32,000 nt of DNA. It comes from Candidatus Saccharimonadota bacterium (lineage in GTDB: Bacteria; Patescibacteriota; Gracilibacteria; UBA1369; 2-02-FULL-48-14). Below the pieces are notes generated by a model. The model saw only the letters and a program-made list of their open reading frames with translations. It did not search any database and had not been told where the DNA came from. The stretch is taken from assembly GCA_016699145.1 (NCBI GenBank), contig CP064962.1:1230001-1262000 (forward strand), in the 5' to 3' direction. Below, in pieces: positions 1-7,644 of the stretch (positions are counted from its first letter, which is position 1; each line of letters opens with the position of its first letter). The position numbers and the translations under genes were made by a program.

Positions 1-1
1 A

Positions 2-169
2 ATTCTCAGCGATGGCATTCCTCGCAGTTGTGAAGAAATCACGAAAGAAGTGATGAAACAACGTCATGTCAAAGCCATCACCATTCGCTTGAACCTTAAA
101 AACAAAGCTCGCTTCGCTCGCGTAGGAAGAGACAAATACGCCCTGCTGGGGGAAGCTCAAGCTCTATAA
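2..169 (+). CDS. 3' end of a CDS entering from upstream of the window; product unknown (winged-helix-like tail)
   Basis: Frame 2 is open from the window edge to TAA at 167-169 and translates as ILSDGIPRSCEEITKEVMKQRHVKAITIRLNLKNKARFARVGRDKYALLGEAQAL. The ending (RFxRVGRxxYxL) resembles the last strand of HARE-HTH/winged-helix domains. This is a motif-level impression only. Confidence 0.45.
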   Translation: MLSDGIPRSCEEITKEVMKQRHVKAITIRLNLKNKARFARVGRDKYALLGEAQAL

Positions 170-188
170 ACTTTATCACACGCCAACC

Positions 189-1352
189 ATGTCCACACGC
201 CTTAAAACGATGGCAAGCTTGCTTGTCCTCTCTATCTTTCTTCAGTTTTTTTCCATGCCTTTGGCTTCTGCAGAAGGAAATCTCCTCACCAATCCCGGAG
301 CCGAAACAGGAGATTTTACAGGATGGACTCGCGTGAATGGAGGGGATGGCTGGGCTTTGACCTCTGCACCTTGGTACGTCCATGGGGGTACGTATGCCTT
401 CGTGGCCTCTTATGCCTTTGGGACACTGACTCAAGTGGTGGACTTAGTGGGCGAAGGCTACTCACGCTCTTTTTTAGACCGAGAGCCTCAAGTGGATTTC
501 AGCACTTTCATCATGGGTCTGGACAGTTTTTCGAGCCCAGAAGACCCTTATTCGGTGACCGTGCTTCTTTTGAATGAAGAAGAAGAGGAAATTGCCAGCT
601 TCGAAACAGGAGATCAAACGGCAACAGGGGAATGGCAAGAAATCAGCCACTCTTTCACGAATTATGGCAACGGATTGCGTTACGTTTCAGTGGAATTGCG
701 CGGCAGCGATCAAGAATTTTGGGCAGGAAACTATGGAGCTATTTTTGATGACACGTCACTCTCCATCGTAGGGAACCCCCATTCAGGCAGCATTCCCTTT
801 CCGGTAACGATTTTTGTACCCGAAGAATCCTCTGAAGAATCGCTCAAAGAGTCGCCTTTTGAAGATGTGACCGAAACAGATCACAAGACCGCGATTGAGT
901 ACCTCTACGAAGCAGACATCGTCAATGGTTATGAAAAAGAAAATGGAGGCAAAGAATTCAAACCAGATCAATCCATCAATCGTGCCGAATTCTTAAAGAT
1001 GGTCATGGCTCTGACCGAAGAAGAAACAGAAGAACAGCACAATTGTTTCACCGATGTTCAGGATCAATGGTTTGCGCCTTATGTCTGCACCGCCCACAAA
1101 AAGGGCATAATCACCGGCTATGGAGATGGAAGCTTTAAACCGGAGCAGCCCATCACTTTTGAGGAAATGTTCACCCTCGCTCTCAGAGCTTATGGCTACA
1201 CTCTCAAATCCGATGCCAATGAGGCATGGTACAAAGCTTATTGGGACAAAGTGGTCAGCCTCAATTTGCTCGAAGAACTCAAACCCATGCTTCATAAAGA
1301 GGCCAATCGAGGGGAAGCCGCTCAATTGCTCTACAACATGGAAGTCCCTTGA
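189..1352 (+). CDS. Secreted cell-wall-anchored lectin-like protein: signal peptide + FBA/Fbs1-type glycan-binding domain + SLH repeats
   Basis: 387-aa ORF. The N-terminal signal peptide has the hydrophobic core LLVLSIFLQFF and an ASA/EG cleavage-like site. Residues ~30-195 match the FBXO2 sugar-binding domain blocks: NLLTNPGAETGDFTGW..NGGDGW; FVASY..QVVDLVGEGYSRSFLD..P; YSVTVLLL..IASFETG; EWQEISHSFTNYGNGLRYVSVELRGSDQEFWAGNYGAIFDDTSLS. The C-terminus carries SLH-type repeats (FEDV..IVNGY..FKPDQSINRAEFLKM; FTDV..IITGYGDGSFKPEQPITFEEM; ..ANRGEAAQLLY). Confidence 0.8.
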   Translation: MSTRLKTMASLLVLSIFLQFFSMPLASAEGNLLTNPGAETGDFTGWTRVNGGDGWALTSAPWYVHGGTYAFVASYAFGTLTQVVDLVGEGYSRSFLDREPQVDFSTFIMGLDSFSSPEDPYSVTVLLLNEEEEEIASFETGDQTATGEWQEISHSFTNYGNGLRYVSVELRGSDQEFWAGNYGAIFDDTSLSIVGNPHSGSIPFPVTIFVPEESSEESLKESPFEDVTETDHKTAIEYLYEADIVNGYEKENGGKEFKPDQSINRAEFLKMVMALTEEETEEQHNCFTDVQDQWFAPYVCTAHKKGIITGYGDGSFKPEQPITFEEMFTLALRAYGYTLKSDANEAWYKAYWDKVVSLNLLEELKPMLHKEANRGEAAQLLYNMEVP

Positions 1353-1379
1353 AGGGTTTTCATTCTCCAATAAGACGTA

Positions 1380-2504
1380 TCAAAAATACTTTTTGTTACG
1401 AAGTTTCTCTGGCATTAAATCTTCTTTGGTGTACAAATCATAACCCTTACCATAACCTTCTTCTTTCATGAATTTTGTGGGAGCATTTCGTAGCATCAAA
1501 GGCACCGGCAGCGCACCAAAAACCTTCACATCTGAAAGAGCCGCTTCAATGGCGTCGTAAGCACGGCGATCCTTTTTGGCTTGGGCCAGGTAGACCACTC
1601 CATGCGCTAAATGGATGCGCGCCTCGGGCATGCCAATCGTCTCCACGGCTTTAAAGACTTCATTCGCCACCACGAGCGCTGTTGGCAAAGCCATACCGAC
1701 GTCTTCACTAGCAAAAATCACCATACGTCGCGCGATGAATTTGGGGTCTTCACCCGCATCGATCATCCGCGCCAAATAATAAAGGGCTGCATCCGGCTGA
1801 CTCGCCCGCATGCTTTTGATAAAAGCACTGATCACATTGTAGTGTTCCTCGCCTTTTTTATCGTAACGCAAAAATTTGGATTGGACGGTTTCTTTCAAGG
1901 CTTCAATATCTACTTTTCCATAAAGTCGTTCGGCATTTTCGAGCACGGTGATGGCTTGTCGGGCATCCCCATCTGCCATGCGGATCATCCATTCGCGAGC
2001 CTCTTGGTCGAGCGCAATTTTTGTTCGATCTAAAATCTCACCCATCTCTTCCTCAGTGAGCGACTGCAAGGTGAACACACGACAGCGCGACAGCAGCGCC
2101 GGAATCACTTCAAAACTGGGATTTTCTGTGGTCGCACCAATCAGGTGCAGCTCGCCGCGCTCCACATAAGGCAGCAAAAAGTCTTGCTGGGCTTTGTTGA
2201 AGCGGTGAATCTCGTCCAAAAAAAGAATTTTCGGGCGGCCCCAGTTGGGCTCTTCTAAAATCGCTCTCACATCTGCTTTACCTGCCGAAACGGCAGAAAG
2301 TTCATAGAGTTGCCCCTCTAATGCAGACGCATACAGTCTCGCCAAACTCGTTTTTCCAACCCCCGGCGGACCCCATAAAATGAACGAGAAAAGATGCTTG
2401 TCCTCAATGGCCTTTCGCAGGGGTTTGCCAGGTCCAACAAGATGGCTTTGCCCAACGTATTCAGTGAGCGATTGAGGCCGTAAGCGGGAAGCGAGAGGTT
2501 CCAT
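1380..2504 (-). CDS. rarA: Replication-associated recombination protein A (AAA+ ATPase RarA/MgsA)
   Basis: Walker A GPPGVGKTSLARL, Walker B LFLDEIHRFNK, sensor GATTENPSFEV, and the C-terminal MgsA domain (HYNVISAFIKSMRASQPDAALYY..GEDP). The start is placed at MEPLASRLRPQSLTEYVGQ (ATG at 2504), which matches the usual RarA N-terminus. The longer ORF to 2588 would overlap the upstream gene. Confidence 0.92.
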   Translation of the reverse strand: MEPLASRLRPQSLTEYVGQSHLVGPGKPLRKAIEDKHLFSFILWGPPGVGKTSLARLYASALEGQLYELSAVSAGKADVRAILEEPNWGRPKILFLDEIHRFNKAQQDFLLPYVERGELHLIGATTENPSFEVIPALLSRCRVFTLQSLTEEEMGEILDRTKIALDQEAREWMIRMADGDARQAITVLENAERLYGKVDIEALKETVQSKFLRYDKKGEEHYNVISAFIKSMRASQPDAALYYLARMIDAGEDPKFIARRMVIFASEDVGMALPTALVVANEVFKAVETIGMPEARIHLAHGVVYLAQAKKDRRAYDAIEAALSDVKVFGALPVPLMLRNAPTKFMKEEGYGKGYDLYTKEDLMPEKLRNKKYF

Positions 2505-2532
2505 AAAGGAGCTAAGGGAGCCAATTGTAGCA

Positions 2533-2802
2533 TCATTCGAGGGTGGCCGCCAAAGCCCCTTTCCCCGTGTGGAGCAGGAGGGAGCCACGGCTGACTTTGG
2601 AAATACTCACCTTTAGTTTTTTTGCAATCTCTCGCTGAGTTTCTCCATCGAGTAGATGCTTGATGATGGCGATGCGTTCATCCAAATCTTTAAGCTCCGC
2701 AGGGGTGAGTAGGTCTTGGAGGATCGCTTCAAGTTCTTGCTGGTCATCTGCTAAATAAAGAATAGCAGCAATGTTCTTGAGCCGAAAGGAAGTTTTCTTC
2801 AT
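2533..2802 (-). CDS. TrpR-like DNA-binding protein, YerC/YecD family
   Basis: 89 aa. LLTPAELKDLDERIAIIKHLLDGETQREIAKKLKVSISKVSRGS is the characteristic Trp-repressor-fold HTH of YerC/YecD proteins. Confidence 0.8.
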   Translation of the reverse strand: MKKTSFRLKNIAAILYLADDQQELEAILQDLLTPAELKDLDERIAIIKHLLDGETQREIAKKLKVSISKVSRGSLLLHTGKGALAATLE

Positions 2803-2806
2803 GGTC

Positions 2807-2835
2807 TTGACTTTTAGATTCTGATGTAATATTGT
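2807..2835 (+). promoter_or_regulatory. Putative sigma70-type promoter driving a long leader toward the 3029 gene
   Basis: TTGACT (2807-2812), a 17-nt spacer, then TATTGT (2830-2835). The implied TSS is near 2842, which gives a ~187-nt leader. Confidence 0.4.
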
Positions 2836-2905
2836 ACCGATACATCATAACATCTATGATACAAAACAACAATCCAAAATTCGTACTTAAAAATGGTCAA
2901 GGCTG

Positions 2906-3007
2906 GAGCCAAACTCTGACACAATTTCAGAGGGCTTGGCGCGTGCGCCACAATTAAAAACTTCAAACTTTTAAACACCTAAACCCTCTGAGAAGAGGTT
3001 TTTTTAT
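2906..3007 (+). promoter_or_regulatory. Attenuator-like leader: stem-loop, alternative antiterminator pairing and terminator-like hairpin with a T-run
   Basis: Hairpin 1 pairs 2906-2919 with 2927-2937 (GAGCC-aaa-CTCTGA / TCAGAG-GGCTT). A GGCG-cgtg-CGCC hairpin lies at 2938-2949. The terminator-like stem is CCTCT (2985-2989) / AGAGG (2994-2998), followed by T7 (2999-3005). TCAGAGGG (2927-2934) is exactly complementary to CCCTCTGA (2984-2991), and that pairing excludes both hairpin 1 and the terminator stem. Confidence 0.35.
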
Positions 3008-3028
3008 TTCTTTACAAACTCATTATTT

Positions 3029-3469
3029 ATGAACACCCTAGAATACATTGATCAAACCATTCTACGACCAATGTCGCAACAATTGGAGTTTGATCGCAAA
3101 AAACAAATAGAAACTCAGTTCGACACTCCTGAGGCTTTAACGTCTGAATTCAAGGCCATCTTATTGGCTATCCTTGCCCGTAGGAAAAAAGAAAACCTAC
3201 GTGCAGGGCTGATTTTAACGGTTTCCCATCCTGCGATGTCCGCAGAGGAGCAAATTCCTTATTTGGTGGAACACTCTGAAGTCCCAGCCGTCACCATACG
3301 CCGCAGTACCCTAGAAGATCGGCAACATATGTACTCTCTGAGACAATTGTTCCCCAGCTTGCTGGATGCCCACAACGCCATCGGATCCAGTTTTCAACAT
3401 CGATCTCAACCTAACACTTATTCACCTAAATATGGAAAAAACAATTCATTACAACTCAGGCTCCTCTAA
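3029..3469 (+). CDS. Hypothetical protein
   Basis: 146-aa ORF with an ATG start and no motif I recognise. Its last ~38 nt overlap the next CDS, and the C-terminal ~25 aa look low-quality, so the true end is uncertain. Confidence 0.5.
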   Translation: MNTLEYIDQTILRPMSQQLEFDRKKQIETQFDTPEALTSEFKAILLAILARRKKENLRAGLILTVSHPAMSAEEQIPYLVEHSEVPAVTIRRSTLEDRQHMYSLRQLFPSLLDAHNAIGSSFQHRSQPNTYSPKYGKNNSLQLRLL

Positions 3470-4391
3470 ACTCTTCCTTGAAATGCCTCACAGTGGCCGC
3501 TTAGGAATTCAAGATAAGGAAGGCGTTCCAGACCTTCTGAAGACAAGGTTGAACGCAACAGAAGCCGTGAGAGCTTCCCTCGTCTTTGGCTGCGACATCG
3601 CCGTCCCCACAATGACACAATTCGATGCCAGACGCATAGAGGCCCACCATACCACTTTATCCAACGATCTTTCCAGAATTTACACCGATCCCAATCGGGA
3701 TAAGAACACCGATTGCTCGGGCCGGATTCGTGAAGGTTTCGACAGAGATGCCTTTCCAAATGGAGTGATCTGGACTCGTACGGTTCCTCGCGGACTGAAC
3801 TTTGAACTCAGCCCTGAAGAAGTTGCAGAGCAGGCCCGTGCTCAATTTGAAGACATTTTTAATGCTCCATTGAGTTCAGATGAATTCGACGCGCTGATGC
3901 GAGAAGTCTATGACCCATATCACGCTCACATTCGTGAAACTCATGAAGCCATTCGAGGTCAACATGGGGAAGTGATACATCTCTCCCTTCACACTTTCCC
4001 TCCGGTGCTCGGAACCGTCGTGGACGGAGGCTACTCTCTAGGTAAACCCGCTCGTCCCGGGCTCTACGACGTGCAGGCCGGCACCTTTCCAGACTTGCTC
4101 ATCATTCACAATGACTTTAAAGCAGCGAGTCGAGAAAAAGTGGAAGTGGTTCGCCGCCATTTTAAAAGGGCAGGACTGATCGTTCAGGACGGCTTCGGAC
4201 CTTTCTTAGGAAGCAACGGAGTGACAGGCCTCTATGGAAACCCCGAGCAAGGAGTGAATGTTATCGGAATCGAGCATATTCCTCACAGGATTGAAACCGG
4301 CCGTCATCTCGGCTCCATGTCTTTTGATGAAGACGAAGCCAAAAAACATCAAGCCATGTACAGCGCTTTATTTGAAGAATTATCTCTTTAG
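3432..4391 (+). CDS. N-formylglutamate amidohydrolase (FGase) family protein
   Basis: Motif series typical of the FGase family: EMPHSGR (HxG), LSRIYTDPNRD (SR..D.NR), YDPYHAHI (PYH), IHLSLHTFPP (H-S/T-F), GPFLGSNG..GNP, IGIEH. The start is placed at MEKTIHYN (ATG 3432), which puts the HSG motif ~20 aa from the N-terminus as in family members. The ORF is open from 3342. Confidence 0.7.
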   Translation: MEKTIHYNSGSSKLFLEMPHSGRLGIQDKEGVPDLLKTRLNATEAVRASLVFGCDIAVPTMTQFDARRIEAHHTTLSNDLSRIYTDPNRDKNTDCSGRIREGFDRDAFPNGVIWTRTVPRGLNFELSPEEVAEQARAQFEDIFNAPLSSDEFDALMREVYDPYHAHIRETHEAIRGQHGEVIHLSLHTFPPVLGTVVDGGYSLGKPARPGLYDVQAGTFPDLLIIHNDFKAASREKVEVVRRHFKRAGLIVQDGFGPFLGSNGVTGLYGNPEQGVNVIGIEHIPHRIETGRHLGSMSFDEDEAKKHQAMYSALFEELSL

Positions 4392-4434
4392 ACATCCTTA
4401 TTCATTCAATTTAAGGTCAGGCAAGGCAGAGCAA

Positions 4435-4464
4435 TTGCAACGACGCTTGGCTCTCACGTATACT
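4435..4464 (+). promoter_or_regulatory. Putative promoter of thyA-folA
   Basis: TTGCAA (4435-4440), an 18-nt spacer, then TATACT (4459-4464). The ATG lies at 4484. Confidence 0.5.
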
Positions 4465-4483
4465 CGCAGCACTTAAGTGTCTT

Positions 4484-5272
4484 ATGCAACAATACCTCTC
4501 TCTTGTCCGTGAAGTGCTCGAAAAGGGCGAAAAAAAGGAAGACCGAACCGGAACGGGGACCCTCTCGATCTTCGGGATGCAACGCAAATACGATCTTCGG
4601 GAGGGTTTTCCTCTTTTAACCACCAAAAAAGTGCTCTTTGACGCGGTGCTCTGGGAACTTCTATGGTTCCTGCGCGGCTCCACCAATATCAACGATGACC
4701 TCACTCAGCACACGCCCATCTGGAACGCTTGGGCCGACGAAAACGGTGAACTGGGGCCAGTTTACGGCAAGCAATGGCGCGACTGGGAAGCGACCGACGG
4801 ACGCCATATCGACCAGATCAAAAATGTGATCGAGCAGATCAAAACGAATCCGAACAGCCGCCGCCTCATCGTCAACGCCTGGAACGTGGGAGACATCGAT
4901 AAAATGGCCCTGCCGCCCTGCCACATGTTCTTCCAATTTTACGTAGTGAATGGACGTCTAGACTGCCAACTCTACCAACGCAGCGCTGACATCGCCCTCG
5001 GTGTGCCTTTCAACATCGCCTCCTATGCCACTCTTCTCATGATGGTGGCCCAAGAATGTGACCTTGAGCCCGGCATCTTCACCCACACCATGGGGGATGC
5101 GCATATTTATCTGAACCACGTGGAAGGTCTTGAAGAGCAACTCACGCGCAAGCCCAAGAAATTACCCATGCTCGAAATCGCCAAAAAACCCTTCTGGGAT
5201 TTAAAATTTGAAGACTTCAAACTGGTGGGCTACGAACACGATCCGTTCATTAAATTCAAAGTCGCTGTATGA
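4484..5272 (+). CDS. thyA: Thymidylate synthase
   Basis: [36 protein letters not shown] (catalytic Cys) and [14 protein letters not shown] all match ThyA end to end. Confidence 0.97.
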   Translation: MQQYLSLVREVLEKGEKKEDRTGTGTLSIFGMQRKYDLREGFPLLTTKKVLFDAVLWELLWFLRGSTNINDDLTQHTPIWNAWADENGELGPVYGKQWRDWEATDGRHIDQIKNVIEQIKTNPNSRRLIVNAWNVGDIDKMALPPCHMFFQFYVVNGRLDCQLYQRSADIALGVPFNIASYATLLMMVAQECDLEPGIFTHTMGDAHIYLNHVEGLEEQLTRKPKKLPMLEIAKKPFWDLKFEDFKLVGYEHDPFIKFKVAV

Positions 5273-5829
5273 AATTCTCAATCATCTCAGCCCTCGACAA
5301 AAACCGTGGCATCGGAAAAAACAATAGCTTGCCCTGGCACCTGCCCGCCGATTTAAAGCACTTCAAAGAAACCACGATAGGTGGGACCGTGATCATGGGC
5401 CGCAAAACCTGGGAATCCATTCCCGAAAAGTACCGACCTTTCAAAGAGCGCCTCAACATTGTGATCAGTCGTGGGGAACTCGTCCTTCCTGAGGGAGTAT
5501 TACTGGCTCATTCTCTGGACGAAGCCTTAGAATTGGCCGAAGCTCATGTTCAAAAAGAAGATGGCCACAAGCGCAAAGCCTTCATCATCGGAGGGGCCAC
5601 TCTCTATACAGAAGCCATCCAGCACTCCGCTTGCGAAGAACTCCTCCTTACAGAACTGGAAGGCAGCTTCGACTGCGATGCATTTTTCCCTGAAATCAGC
5701 AGTGAATGGAGAATCGAAGAAGACGGCGACCTCCAAGAAGAGAATGGAATTCAGTTCACTTTCAAAACCTACAAAAAAGATTCACTCTTTAAGCTCGCCA
5801 ATCTCCAGCCCAATCGGGCAATGATCTGA
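5269..5829 (+). CDS. folA: Dihydrofolate reductase
   Basis: [43 protein letters not shown] and IIGGATLY. There is an ATGA overlap with the thyA stop. The C-terminal ~16 aa run antisense into the xth 3' end and may not be conserved. Confidence 0.93.
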   Translation: MKFSIISALDKNRGIGKNNSLPWHLPADLKHFKETTIGGTVIMGRKTWESIPEKYRPFKERLNIVISRGELVLPEGVLLAHSLDEALELAEAHVQKEDGHKRKAFIIGGATLYTEAIQHSACEELLLTELEGSFDCDAFFPEISSEWRIEEDGDLQEENGIQFTFKTYKKDSLFKLANLQPNRAMI

Positions 5830-6579
5830 GCCCGGCACTTCCGATAAAATCCAGGCGCGTTTCACGTAAGGGAGGAGGTCTTGGGTCACGAAAAAATAAT
5901 CGATCCGCCAGCCCACATTCCGCACCCGAGCCGCCGTGCGATAGCTCCACCAAGTGTAGGCATCAAAGACATCGGGATTGAAGTGTCTAAACGTGTCCAC
6001 ATAACCGGCCGCCACAAACTTGTCGAGCCACGCGCGTTCCACCGGCAAAAACCCGGTCACCCCCACATTTTCTTGAGGGCGAGCCAGATCAATTTCGGTG
6101 TGGGCCGTATTGAAATCGCCACAAATCACCAAGTTTTTCCCCTCCTTGCGGAGGCGCTGTAAAAAGTCCAAAAGTTCATCGTAATAGTCGAGTTTATAGG
6201 TGATGCGATGATCCCCTTGCCCTCCATTGGGGAGGTACAAATTCACCACGGTCACGGTGCCCCCCGGCAGTTCAGGGCAGGGAAGCTCAGTGAGCAGCAG
6301 CCGGCCCTCGCCATCGTGCCGTCCGTTGCGCAGTTCCTTTTCCACATGAAGCGCTTTGATCTTCGAAAAAGTCGCCACCCCACTGTAGCCCGCGCGTTCG
6401 GCAGACACCCACTGGCTATAATAATCGAGAGGATTGATCATTTCCTGTGTGAGCTGATGAGACTGAATTTTGGTTTCTTGAATGCACAGTACATCCGCAT
6501 TTTCTCGTTCCATGAAGTCGAAAAACCCTTTATTCGCAATGGCTCGAATGCCATTCACATTGTAACAAATCAGTTTCAT
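5782..6579 (-). CDS. xth: Exodeoxyribonuclease III
   Basis: MKLICYNVNGIRA, DVLCIQETK, GDFNTAH and the C-terminal SDHCP match the ExoIII/APE1 EEP family. Confidence 0.95.
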   Translation of the reverse strand: MKLICYNVNGIRAIANKGFFDFMERENADVLCIQETKIQSHQLTQEMINPLDYYSQWVSAERAGYSGVATFSKIKALHVEKELRNGRHDGEGRLLLTELPCPELPGGTVTVVNLYLPNGGQGDHRITYKLDYYDELLDFLQRLRKEGKNLVICGDFNTAHTEIDLARPQENVGVTGFLPVERAWLDKFVAAGYVDTFRHFNPDVFDAYTWWSYRTAARVRNVGWRIDYFFVTQDLLPYVKRAWILSEVPGSDHCPIGLEIGELKE

Positions 6580-6640
6580 GCGCTGTGCTAGCGTTTAAGA
6601 AGAAGCAGGAGTATTCTAAGCCCAATTCCCGCGTTAAGCC

Positions 6641-7333
6641 ATGAAAAAACCATCCTACAACTGGCTCCCCGACTTCGTCTACGGAGGCATTGATGGAGCC
6701 GTGACCACTTTCGCCGTGGTTGCAGGAGTGGTGGGGGCCGAGCTCTCCACGCCCATCATTCTTATTTTAGGAATAGCCAACCTGGTCGCCGATGGCTTTT
6801 CCATGGCCGTGAGCAAATTTTCCAGCGACAAAGCAGAATTGGAGCGCATCGGACATATTCGTGCGAATGAAGAGAAATCCATCATCAAAAAACCTGCAGA
6901 AGAAAAGGGGGAGGTGCGCAGCATCCTCAAAAAATTCGGCTTCAAAGGCCGAGATTTGGATCGAGCTCAACACATCATCACTAAAGACCCTAAAGTGTGG
7001 GTTGAACTCATGCTCACTCACGAATTCAACGTGATTGAAGAGAACATCAACCCTTTAAAAGGAGCTACATTCACTTTTCTAGCCTTCATCTTGATTGGTT
7101 CTATCCCCCTTATGGGCTATCTGTTGCAGCTCTTTATAGATCTGAACCCGTCCAATATCTTCAGAGTCACCTGTTTCACCACTCTTTTTGCACTGTTTTT
7201 GGTAGGAACCATTAAAGCACGTTTTTCTAGCCGCCCCTGGGCGATCACTGGTTTAGAAACGGCTTTCATAGGAGGAGCGGCTGCGGGCATTTCATACCTC
7301 ATTGGGGACGTGCTCGGAAAAACTTTACAATAG
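6641..7333 (+). CDS. VIT1/CCC1-family iron/manganese transporter
   Basis: YGGIDGAVTTFAVVAGVVGA near the N-terminus, a central soluble acidic/basic segment and C-terminal TM helices give the typical VIT-family layout. Confidence 0.88.
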   Translation: MKKPSYNWLPDFVYGGIDGAVTTFAVVAGVVGAELSTPIILILGIANLVADGFSMAVSKFSSDKAELERIGHIRANEEKSIIKKPAEEKGEVRSILKKFGFKGRDLDRAQHIITKDPKVWVELMLTHEFNVIEENINPLKGATFTFLAFILIGSIPLMGYLLQLFIDLNPSNIFRVTCFTTLFALFLVGTIKARFSSRPWAITGLETAFIGGAAAGISYLIGDVLGKTLQ

Positions 7334-7354
7334 AAGTTCTTTAGCAAGAAAAGA

Positions 7355-7380
7355 CCCAGGATCACCTGGGCCTCTTTTTT
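7355..7380. terminator. Bidirectional rho-independent terminator between convergent genes
   Basis: CCCAGG (7355-7360), loop atca, CCTGGG (7365-7370), then CCTCTTTTTT on the plus strand. An A-run upstream supplies a T-tract on the minus strand. Confidence 0.6.
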
Positions 7381-7395
7381 GAAACCAAATAAGAA

Positions 7396-7623
7396 CTACT
7401 TCATCTGAGCAAGCGCCTTGGTACCTCCCTTCTTCACAGGTTTAGCAATGTGCATAGCCACCTTGCGAATCACAGGGCAATATTTCTTGCGCTTCATATC
7501 CTTGAGTTTGTCACGTTGAGCCCATCCAGAACCCCCAATATGGTTGCCATGAGAGGCACCTTCAGGTATTTCAGTGGGTCCTTGACAGATCCAGACGTAC
7601 GAAACAGATTTTCCTTTTGCCAT
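7396..7623 (-). CDS. Small basic protein, possibly a divergent ribosomal protein bL33-like paralog
   Basis: 75 aa with its own strong promoter and terminator. The N-terminal MAKGK and the segment KRKKYCPVIRKVAMHIAKP resemble the bL33 signature (..LELRKYCPxCRKHTxHRExK), but there is a ~15-aa insertion and a Lys-rich tail. The family call is tentative; only the call that this is a real CDS is reasonably firm. Confidence 0.55.
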   Translation of the reverse strand: MAKGKSVSYVWICQGPTEIPEGASHGNHIGGSGWAQRDKLKDMKRKKYCPVIRKVAMHIAKPVKKGGTKALAQMK

Positions 7624-7644
7624 AAATAAATCAAAAGCGGGAGG

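Noticed and set aside
2927-3000. Resemblance of AGAGGG..A-rich tract..CCCTCT to a preQ1-I riboswitch.
   Set aside because: The preQ1-I aptamer is a compact ~34-nt hairpin plus an A-rich tail. Here the complementary arms are ~50 nt apart with an extra hairpin between them, and the conserved loop nucleotides are absent.
4484-5272. Possibility of an alternative genetic code (UGA recoding, as in some candidate phyla).
   Set aside because: TGA clearly terminates conserved proteins at their expected ends and forms ATGA stop/start overlaps (thyA/folA, GT4/dnaX, dnaX/folC-like). No conserved domain is interrupted by an in-frame TGA.
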